The notes beneath the pieces are model-generated. The model was not told where the DNA came from. It did no database searches and saw only the letters and a list, made by a program, of their open reading frames with translations. A program made the position numbers and the translations under genes. Below are positions 56,754-64,000 of a DNA stretch of 64,000 nucleotides, piece by piece (within the stretch, counting starts at the first letter, position 1; each line of letters opens with the position of its first letter). The stretch comes from Planctomycetota bacterium (GTDB lineage: Bacteria; Planctomycetota; UBA1135; UBA2386), in NCBI GenBank assembly GCA_965223545.1, contig OZ245006.1, forward strand, positions 4,736,001 to 4,800,000. The letters are read 5' to 3'.

Positions 56754-57401
56754 GTGGCGGCGTTCGAGAGTCTGCTGCGCAGCGAGGGCCCGTTCGCAGC
56801 GGGACGCGGGGTCGTGCGTTGGCAACCGCTGCTGCTCTGGGGAGTTCTGGGTGGCATCGCGTACGGCACCGCGATGGGCTCCTATGGCGGCGTCCCCTTG
56901 CAGTCGCTGTACTCAGGCTTGAAGGTGCCGCTGCTGACGTTCGGCACCATGGCGCTGTGCTTACCCAGCGCCTACGCCGTGAACACTGCGCTCGGCCTGC
57001 GCGACGATTTTTCAGCGGTCTTGCGCGGGATCCTCGTCACGCAGGGCACGGTGTGCGGTGTGCTTCTCGCCTTCGCGCCGATCACGCTGGTGGCGTACAG
57101 CGGTTGTGCCAGCAAGCCGGCGGCGGTGGTCGCCAACGGCCTCGTGTTCGCGCTGGCGACCGGTGCCGGCCAGCTCACGTTGGCGCGCCACTACCGGCCA
57201 CTGGTCGAGCGCGATCGCAAGCACCGCGTGGGTTGGTTGGGATGGTCGCTGCTCTACGTGTTCGTCGCGATCCAGCTGGCTTGGGTGTTGCGACCCTGGC
57301 TGGGTAGCGAAGGTCTGGAGACGACGTTCTTTCGCGAAACCAAGTGGGGCAACGCGTACGTCTACATCGCCGATGTCGTCTGGCGGCTACTGGCGTTCTA
57401 G
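56754..57401 (+). CDS. Uncharacterised integral membrane protein, paralog of upstream gene
   Basis: KVPLLT..T...CLPS and V.IQLAWVLRPWLG motifs; GTG start 2 bp after the upstream stop. Confidence 0.78.
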   Translation: MAAFESLLRSEGPFAAGRGVVRWQPLLLWGVLGGIAYGTAMGSYGGVPLQSLYSGLKVPLLTFGTMALCLPSAYAVNTALGLRDDFSAVLRGILVTQGTVCGVLLAFAPITLVAYSGCASKPAAVVANGLVFALATGAGQLTLARHYRPLVERDRKHRVGWLGWSLLYVFVAIQLAWVLRPWLGSEGLETTFFRETKWGNAYVYIADVVWRLLAF

Positions 57402-57424
57402 TGGTCTGTGATTCACACCACTAG
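57398..57424. repeat. CTAG-bounded 27-bp palindrome between convergent genes
   Basis: CTAGTGGT-CTGTGATTCAC-ACCACTAG, with perfect 8-bp arms. Confidence 0.6.
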
Positions 57425-58735
57425 CGTCGGTGGTGTTCCCTTTGCTCCGGCGCCTCGCCGCGCGATCCAGTAGAGCAGGGAGCCGATTGCCAGGTAGATC
57501 GCGGTGCGGCCGAACGTCGCGATTCCGACCTGGGTGAGCAGCGCGATGCACACGATCGCGCCGGCGGCGGCGACTGCGCGCGCGCCGGAGAGCTTCAGCC
57601 GCGGAATCGCAGCGATCACGATCAGGTAGATCAGCAGTCGCGTCAGCACGCTGATCTTCGCCAGCTCGACGAACGACCCGGTCGCCGCCAACGCGAACAC
57701 CGCGATGCCATACACCGTGATCGAGAACGCTGGCGTCCTGTAGACGGGATGAACGCGCCCGAACGCCGCCGGCAGCGAGCCGTCGCGGGCCAGGGCGTAG
57801 GGGATGCGCGGGGTCGAGAACATCGCCGAAGCGACGTTGCCGCCGACCGAGATCACGATGCCGATCGTCAGCAGCACGGCCCCCATCGGGCCGAGCACCG
57901 CTTCGCCGACCGCGACCAGGGGCCGACCCACGGCGCCGTGCAGGTCGGGCAGTACGGCGACGCAGACGGTTTGGATCAAGACGTAGAGGGCGGTCACCGC
58001 TGCCAGTGCCCACAGCAGGGCGCGCGGCACGGAGCGCGTCGGATCGCGGGTCTCGCCGGCGGGAATGACCGCGGCCTCCCAGCCGACGTAGGCGTAGACC
58101 AGCAGCATGACCGCTTCGCCAGTCGTGCGGAGCGATGGCAGCGGCGTGTCGCCGATGGGAAGCGCGGTGCTGTCGACGTGCGTCAGCCCGACGATCACGA
58201 GCGCGAGCAGCGGCCCGGCCTTGAGCACGGTCAGGACGCCGATCGAGGCGATGGCGTGGCGTGCGCCGGCGACGTTGACCCAGGTGAGGGCCACGCAGAG
58301 CAGCGCCAGGAGCGCGATACGCACCGCGCCGTGGTTTGCCGCGGGCCAGAAGTAATCGAGCGTGGCGACCAACAGGCTGATGTTGGCGGCCGACGCGGAC
58401 AAGCGGGTGATGAAGAAGGCCCACCCGACTTGGAACGCGGCAAACGGACCGAACGCCGCATCGGCGTAGCGCACGGGGCCGCCGGTGTCGCGGAACTGGC
58501 TGGCAACCGCCGCGAACGACAGGACGATCGGCGCCATGAGCAGGCCGCACAGTAGAAACATCAACGGGCTGTAAACCCCGGTGAGCCGCTCGGCCGCGCC
58601 GGGAGTGCCGAAGATGCCGGCTCCGATCGTGCCGTTGATGGCGAGGACCCAGACGCCGAGCGTGCCGAACTCGCGCACCAGGGTCGGGGCGGAAGTCGTC
58701 GAGGCGTCGGCTTGAGGTGTGGGTCGGCTTGCCAC
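57413..58735 (-). CDS. APC family amino acid permease
   Basis: IN..IGAGIF..P, TGGP..Y...AFG, AYVGWE......GE..DP.R, R..YALARDG.LP..F.RVHP..RTP; about 12 TMs. Confidence 0.92.
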   Translation of the reverse strand: MASRPTPQADASTTSAPTLVREFGTLGVWVLAINGTIGAGIFGTPGAAERLTGVYSPLMFLLCGLLMAPIVLSFAAVASQFRDTGGPVRYADAAFGPFAAFQVGWAFFITRLSASAANISLLVATLDYFWPAANHGAVRIALLALLCVALTWVNVAGARHAIASIGVLTVLKAGPLLALVIVGLTHVDSTALPIGDTPLPSLRTTGEAVMLLVYAYVGWEAAVIPAGETRDPTRSVPRALLWALAAVTALYVLIQTVCVAVLPDLHGAVGRPLVAVGEAVLGPMGAVLLTIGIVISVGGNVASAMFSTPRIPYALARDGSLPAAFGRVHPVYRTPAFSITVYGIAVFALAATGSFVELAKISVLTRLLIYLIVIAAIPRLKLSGARAVAAAGAIVCIALLTQVGIATFGRTAIYLAIGSLLYWIARRGAGAKGTPPTLVV

Positions 58736-58820
58736 GGTGCGGCTGGATTGCGCCGGCTCGGAGCTTAGCAGGTGCGCAACGAGGCGAGCCGCCGGCGGGC
58801 TGCTAATCTCGACGCTTGCG

Positions 58821-59594
58821 ATGGCGCGGTTGACGACACAGTACGTCGAGGACGACTACCGGCGAACCCTCGAGACGGTGTCGGACTACGAGCAGGCGCG
58901 TTGGCTCGCCAACCGGCGCAATCGCGAGGACTTCCGGATGATGGCCGCGTTCATCGACGAGGCCATCGGCGGGGCTGTAGATGCGACCGAACCTCTGTCG
59001 GTCATCGAAGTGGGGCCGGGCGCCGGGACCTGGACCAAGCGTTTGCGCGCGCAGCGACCGCGTGCGTCGTTCACGCTGGTCGACATCTCCGACCCCATGC
59101 TGGCGCAGGCGCGGGCCAACCTGGGGGAGCCGGCCGACATCGGCTACGTGCACGGGGACTTCGCGCAGGTCGAGCTGCCCACTTGCGACTTGCTGTTCTC
59201 GGCCCGCGCGCTCGAGTACTTCCCCGACAAGCGCGTGTTCGTCGCGCGGGCGCGCGAGGTGCTGCGCCCCGGTGGGCGCGGCATCGTCATCACCAAGAGC
59301 CCTTCGTTTTGGCCACGCGTGCGGGCCAGAAGGCGCGGCAGAGACGAGCCACTGCTGCACAGCGAGCAGATCGCGCCGGCGGACTTGGCCGTGCTCCTGC
59401 GCGAGGCCGGCTTCGAGGCAGTGCGCTGTGATCCGGTGGTGTTGCGCCTGCCGTATCGGCTGCCGCTGCAGGTCGCGAGCCGCGTCGTGTGGCGTTGGCT
59501 GCGCCGCGGCGGCATGCGGGCGGCGGAAGGGCGCTTTTGTGAGGCGTACGCCGCGACCTTCACCGCGCCCGCAGTGCCTGTCGCGCGGCGCTGA
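58821..59594 (+). CDS. Class I SAM-dependent methyltransferase
   Basis: VIEVGPGAGTW, VDISDPML, GDF, LRPGGR. Confidence 0.88.
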   Translation: MARLTTQYVEDDYRRTLETVSDYEQARWLANRRNREDFRMMAAFIDEAIGGAVDATEPLSVIEVGPGAGTWTKRLRAQRPRASFTLVDISDPMLAQARANLGEPADIGYVHGDFAQVELPTCDLLFSARALEYFPDKRVFVARAREVLRPGGRGIVITKSPSFWPRVRARRRGRDEPLLHSEQIAPADLAVLLREAGFEAVRCDPVVLRLPYRLPLQVASRVVWRWLRRGGMRAAEGRFCEAYAATFTAPAVPVARR

Positions 59595-60141
59595 TCACCA
59601 CTGCGAGGGGTGGCGTGGCGTCGATGCGGTGGATCGCCGGTGCCACCCGCAGCAAGGCCTCGAAGAAGCGCTGGTGCTCGTCGTAGACCGAGTCGTGCAG
59701 AGTATAGGTTGCCCGCTCCGCGACGCGCCGCTTGGCGGTCTCGATGGGCACGTCGAGAAACACTCCGGTGAGTGGCGGCAAGGTCGAGAGCACGCGCTCG
59801 AGGGTCTTCGGTGCGTCGCACAGCTGCCGGCTGACGGTGGGGTGTTGTGCGAGGGTCTGCAGGAACCCGTGCTGGGTCACTCCGGGTCCGTACTCCCAGC
59901 ATCGCTTGACCATCGCCCTGGCGATGATGCGGCCGCCCCGGCCCCAAGCTGACAATGTGGCCAGGGTCTTGCTGCAGCGGACCAGTTGTCTACTGGCAGG
60001 TGCGATGCGAGCGAGATCGGCGCGGCGGAAGCGGTGGCGCCGCCACGCCAACACGGGCGCGAGCGCTGGCATTCCCAGCTGGCGAGCCACGCTCGACTTC
60101 CCCGCGCCGGGCAGCCCGATCATCTCGACGTAACGCTGCAC
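59560..60141 (-). CDS. Small P-loop NTPase / nucleotide-kinase-like protein
   Basis: Walker A IGLPGAGKS; VFLDVP.E.A..RV..R lid; RIDAT.PL C-terminus; overlaps the convergent gene by 35 bp. Confidence 0.7.
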   Translation of the reverse strand: MQRYVEMIGLPGAGKSSVARQLGMPALAPVLAWRRHRFRRADLARIAPASRQLVRCSKTLATLSAWGRGGRIIARAMVKRCWEYGPGVTQHGFLQTLAQHPTVSRQLCDAPKTLERVLSTLPPLTGVFLDVPIETAKRRVAERATYTLHDSVYDEHQRFFEALLRVAPAIHRIDATPPLAVVISAARQALRAR

Positions 60142-60148
60142 GGTTCGC

Positions 60149-61291
60149 TCAGCCGCGGGATCGGCCCTTCGCCGGCGCGGACTTTTCGCCGAGCTCGACG
60201 AACTCGGCGAGCTCCGCCCGCAGTTGCTGCAGGTCACGCTCATAGGCCTCGCGCTGCGCTGGGGGCACGCGCGGGCCGACGGCCTCGAGTGCCGCGATCG
60301 CCTGGCGTTGGGCGGCGGCCGCTTCCGCGTGGCGGCCGAGCTGGGCGAGGATGCCGGCGTGCATCGTGTGGTGGTACTCGGTCTCCGGCTCGAGCTCCGC
60401 GGCGCGCGCGGCACAGCGCAGCGCGAGCTCCAGGTCGCGGTCGGCGTCCGGGACGGGATACTTCGAGTCACCGGACACCACCCAGGCGATCTGGTAGAGC
60501 AGCCACGGATTGTCGTCCCATACGCTGGCGGCGACGGCGCGCACTTCGCGGTAGGCGCGTTCGAGGTCCCCGATGTGGCTCAGCAGGATGCCGAGCTTGG
60601 TCGGCACGTAGGTGTCGTGCTCGGGGCTGGAGGTGATGATCTCGTCCAGAGCGGTGATCGCGTCCTCCCAGGCCTGCGCGGCCATCGCTGCGCGCAGGGC
60701 GGCGGTGGCTTCTTTGAACTGACGGTTCGCCATCTGTTGGGCGGCGATCTCGGCGCGGTGTGCTCGGCGGTCCCAAGTGCCGGCGACGACTGCTGCGAGG
60801 ACCGGGTCGAGCGCGCTGGGATGCCCCAGCCACTCGACATGGCCGTCGGTGCCGATGACGAAGGCCACCGGCAGGCCCCTCGTCTGCGCCGCTTCGCGGT
60901 AGTCCGCGCGCACCGAGCCGTCGGGGTCGGTTCCCAGCGTGTAGCGGATGCGGTCATTCTGGATGCGTCCCTCGCCGGCGCTGCCGCAGAGGAAGTCGAC
61001 CACCTTCTGCAGCGGTTCGTCACTCAAGCCGACGACGGTGACGCCGGCGTCCGCGTAGCGCTCCTGCAACTCGGACAAGTGGTCCATGTTCGCGATGCAC
61101 GGCCCGCACCAGGTCGCCCAGAACTCGACCACGTGGATCGAGTCGGGAGCGAACGCGGTGATCGCGTCGCCCTTCAGCCAGTGCCCCACGTCGAGCGGGG
61201 GGGCGGGAGCGCCGACCGTGAGCGCCTGGGCGGCTGGCGTGGCCGCGAGCAGCAGGATGCCGAAGAGAGTGTGTCGACAGCGGGCCATCAT
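60149..61291 (-). CDS. TlpA/redoxin family thiol-disulfide oxidoreductase with TPR-like C-terminus
   Basis: Signal peptide; VG.PAP.L, VVEFWATWCGPC, GLP.AFVI..DG...W.GHP. Confidence 0.9.
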   Translation of the reverse strand: MMARCRHTLFGILLLAATPAAQALTVGAPAPPLDVGHWLKGDAITAFAPDSIHVVEFWATWCGPCIANMDHLSELQERYADAGVTVVGLSDEPLQKVVDFLCGSAGEGRIQNDRIRYTLGTDPDGSVRADYREAAQTRGLPVAFVIGTDGHVEWLGHPSALDPVLAAVVAGTWDRRAHRAEIAAQQMANRQFKEATAALRAAMAAQAWEDAITALDEIITSSPEHDTYVPTKLGILLSHIGDLERAYREVRAVAASVWDDNPWLLYQIAWVVSGDSKYPVPDADRDLELALRCAARAAELEPETEYHHTMHAGILAQLGRHAEAAAAQRQAIAALEAVGPRVPPAQREAYERDLQQLRAELAEFVELGEKSAPAKGRSRG

Positions 61292-61368
61292 GCGCGGGAG
61301 GATAGACGGACCGGGGCGCGTTGTGCGCCGGTGGGCGTACTCGGGCGGATGTCCCCGGGGCGGGACTC

Positions 61369-62307
61369 CTATCTCTCGAAGCCGGCCCCGACCAAGCGCA
61401 CTTCGCGCAATCTGACGCCGGGGTAGCGGGACACGGTCACTGGAATCGGTCCAGGGTCGGAGCCGTCGGGAAACACCGCGGTCAGATCGAAGGGCGCGCT
61501 GCCCGGCAACGTGTCGGCGATGCGCACGAAGACCTGATCCCGGCGCACTTCGATCGCCACCGTGTCGCGGTGCTCGGCTGCGGCCAGCTCGGCGCGGCCG
61601 ACGTCGACGTGGGCCAAGAATCGCGTGGCCCCTTCGTTGCGGAGTGGTCCGGCCTGCAAGTTCCAGTGGATGCCGTTGACGTTCAGTGTTTCCGGCACCG
61701 AGGTGCTGAGTTCCGGCACGATCTCGAGTCCGCCGGTGGTGACGCGCAGAGTGAGCGTGTCGTCGATCGCGCCCCGGATCCGCAGAGCGTCGGGGATCCG
61801 CGGGGCGTCGTCCGCAAGGAGCGCACCACGGGCTGGCGGTGCGGCGTCGCCATCCGGCGCGGCCGCTCGTTCTTCGTCGCTGGGGGTGTACAGCGCCAGG
61901 GAGAAGTTGTCGGATCCGGCGGCCGGGTCGGCCAGTTGGAGCACGATCCGGCGCCCCGAGCGCGCGACCGTGACCAAGCCCCGCGCCTGGTACCACAAGC
62001 GCACGGGGCCGTCGAGCAGGCGCCGGGCGTCGATGCCCGCTGCGCGCAGAGACATTGAGGGAGACCGCTGCGGGTCCCAAGAGAGGCCGTTGATCGAGAC
62101 GGACTCCGCTGGCTTCCAGTGTCGGTGTTGCCAATGCACACCGCGCTCGTCGAGAACGATCCGGTCGCTGCCGTCGATCCTGGCGATGAGCCGGACGACG
62201 ACTTGCTCCGCGGCGGGTTCGAGCACCAGGGGATGATCCTGCGCTGCGGCGCCATCACCTCCGGCGAGTGCGAGCAGCAACCCTGCGGCGGATGCGAGTT
62301 TCTTCAT
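61369..62307 (-). CDS. Secreted protein with two tandem IDGSD-type beta domains
   Basis: Signal MKKLASAAGLLLALA; repeats RIDGSD.I.L...P.SV.INGL.W...D...GSD.F.L and AIDDT..L...P..L.VNGI.W...D...GS..F.L. Confidence 0.65.
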   Translation of the reverse strand: MKKLASAAGLLLALAGGDGAAAQDHPLVLEPAAEQVVVRLIARIDGSDRIVLDERGVHWQHRHWKPAESVSINGLSWDPQRSPSMSLRAAGIDARRLLDGPVRLWYQARGLVTVARSGRRIVLQLADPAAGSDNFSLALYTPSDEERAAAPDGDAAPPARGALLADDAPRIPDALRIRGAIDDTLTLRVTTGGLEIVPELSTSVPETLNVNGIHWNLQAGPLRNEGATRFLAHVDVGRAELAAAEHRDTVAIEVRRDQVFVRIADTLPGSAPFDLTAVFPDGSDPGPIPVTVSRYPGVRLREVRLVGAGFER

Positions 62308-62379
62308 CACGGCTTCTGGAAGTCGATGGTAGCGCCAACGCGGTTTGGCGCGGATTGCTCCCAGGATAGGCTGGCGCGC

Positions 62380-63804
62380 GTGCTGCGTGCAGGGCTGTTG
62401 CTGGCCGGGGCCGCGTTGATCCCGCTCGGATGTGCAGGGCTGGCCCCGTTGACGACGTTGGAGCGTCAGCGCCTGGCCGTGTTCGACGCCTACTGGGAAG
62501 CGCTCGACGCGCAGTACCCCCTGTTTGGCCGCCGCGGAGTGGCCTGGGACGAAGTGCGCGGCCAGTACCGCGCCGCGGTGCCGTTCGCCGAGCGTCCGGA
62601 CGACTTCTACCACCTGTTGGCCGGCATGCTCAGCGCAGCCGGGACCGCAACCAACGACCGAGCGCACCGCGACAGTAGCGGAGCCCGCGAATCCAGAGGT
62701 GCCGGACGACCGCGCTGAGCGCAGACGCCAGTGTTGCTTCTCTGCGTCCGGGAGTTGCGGTACGGAACTCGTGACGACAACCGGCCTTCGAAAGAGTTGT
62801 CGCCGCGCGAAGATTCTCGGCCCCGGACGCTCAGCGAGCTTCAAGATCTGCACGTCTCGCTGCACGTCCCGCGCGAGCGCTGGTCGACCGATGGCACCGA
62901 GCCGACGTCGGTCTTGGAGTGGCCGGAGTTCCGCATGTTGCCGATCGGTGGACGGCCGCACGTGGTCGATTGGCCAAAGGGACAAGAGCCGGAGCTACCA
63001 GAGGGCGTACGGCGCGAGCAGCGCTACCCGGAGATCGTCCGCGTGGCGGGGTTCCCGGTGGTGCTGTCGTTGATCGAAGTGCTGCTCACCGGTCGCGCCG
63101 GGAGTGCGGTCGAGCTCGAGTTGCGTTGGCGCAACGGCGCGATCTCACGCCACGTCGTGCGGCGTCCCGGTCGCTTCCACGGGTTGGAGGTCGCGACGCT
63201 GGCGGAGAACGTCTCGCTCGAAGCGCTCGACCAGCAGTTGGAAGCCGCCGGCGATGCGCCGGGTCTGGTCCTCGACCTGACTCGCAACCAAGGCGGTCAG
63301 CTCGACCTCACGGTTGCTTTGATTCGCCGATTCCTGCGCGACGACGTCGAGGTCGTGTTCGTGCCATCGGAGTCGATGTCGCTCTTCGGTGTGATCCCGG
63401 TGGACGCCTTCGTGCGCCAGACGTGGAGGCCTCGACCGCCGCGGCTGGCAGTGCCGGTCGCAGTGTTGACCAGCCGCCTCACCGGTAGCGGTGCCGAACA
63501 TCTCGCGCGGATGCTGCAGCGGCATGCCGGTGCCGTCGTCGTCGGCGAGCGGACAGCCGGAGCCGAGGCCGGCGTCGCCGAGATCGAGGGTGCCGATGGT
63601 TCCAGGCTGCGCTTCGGTGCGCTGCGCATCCTCGACAGCACCGGCCGCGGTCTGCAGGACGAAGGGGTCGTGCCCGATGTTCCCGTGCGCCTGACCCTGG
63701 ATGACGTCGAGCGGCTCGGGCCGGACGCGGCGGTCGAAGACTGGCGCAGCCGGCTGCTGGCGGCGGCGCAGCGGGCTCTCGAGGCGCGCGCCACGTCCCA
63801 CTAG
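62380..63804 (+). pseudogene. S41 family peptidase lipoprotein interrupted by a 201-bp insertion
   Basis: Lipobox IPLGC; F...W...D..YP.F...GV.W; DLTRNQGG, TGSGAE, VGERTAG, GVVPD. Removing the insertion gives AGMLSELQDLHVS. Confidence 0.85.
62628..62836. mobile_element. Small non-coding insertion (193 bp between 8-bp direct repeats GCTCAGCG)
   Basis: GCTCAGCG at 62628-35 and 62829-36; splits a conserved motif; carries an in-frame TGA; multiple stems. Confidence 0.72.
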
Positions 63805-63821
63805 GACCAGGAGCACCGCCC

Positions 63822-64000
63822 TCAGGGCTGCAGATCGACCTGCAGGGCCTGCGACGCACTGATTCCGAGGGGCGGGCAGGGCGGCGGCGTCTGCGGTCCC
63901 GCCCAGAAGAACTGCGCGAACAGCTGGGCGCCGATCAGGCCGGTGCGGTTGGGGAGGGGCAGTCCGACGTGCGCGGCGCCGACGGCATCACTCGTCGGTA
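63822..64000 (-). CDS. C-terminal fragment of a protein carrying the conserved C-terminal domain (runs off window)
   Basis: Hand translation PTSDAVGAAHVGLPLPNRTGLIGAQLFAQFFWAGPQTPPPCPPLGISASQALQVDLQP*. Confidence 0.7.
   Translation of the reverse strand, partial: PTSDAVGAAHVGLPLPNRTGLIGAQLFAQFFWAGPQTPPPCPPLGISASQALQVDLQP

Noticed and set aside
60149..61291. TlpA protein as the cytochrome c maturation factor (CcmG/ResA) for the multiheme cluster
   Set aside because: It is 25 kb away, has no neighbouring ccm/res genes and carries a TPR-like extension; no supportable link.
62716..62750. In-frame TGA followed by a hairpin, read as selenocysteine/SECIS
   Set aside because: The TGA lies in an inserted, non-protein-like segment with no Cys-equivalent position in S41 peptidases.
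62628..62836. Canonical group I or group II intron
   Set aside because: No splice register gives exon-U/intron-terminal-G; no GUGYG start with AY end and no domain V; too short for group II.

Overview
Very GC-rich (~70%) bacterial DNA, probably from a Planctomycetota genome. This is inferred from the ECF sigma/Ser-Thr kinase pair, a membrane-anchored ECF fusion and many secreted beta-propeller proteins. About 38 genes, with no rRNA, tRNA, CRISPR or transposase recognised. Main points: (1) a five-gene minus-strand cluster (34797->25144) encoding a ferredoxin/permuted TrxR-like flavoprotein/diheme-b membrane fusion, a 23-heme cytochrome c, an outer-membrane beta-barrel, and 7- and 11-heme cytochromes, which together look like an NADPH-linked trans-envelope electron conduit; (2) a 201-bp structured, in-frame insertion with 8-bp direct repeats and an internal copy of the target complement, interrupting an S41 peptidase gene; (3) a shared two-Cys C-terminal domain on four secreted proteins (candidate sorting signal); (4) a paralogous YWRQ-ending secreted family; (5) a TetR/PsrA-like RND efflux operon with its operator, a stand-alone KS-AT-KR-ACP polyketide synthase, a ~2080-aa macroglobulin-like protein, a frameshifted RCC1-repeat gene and several regulatory palindromes. 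Product calls come from motif recognition by eye; no database search was run.
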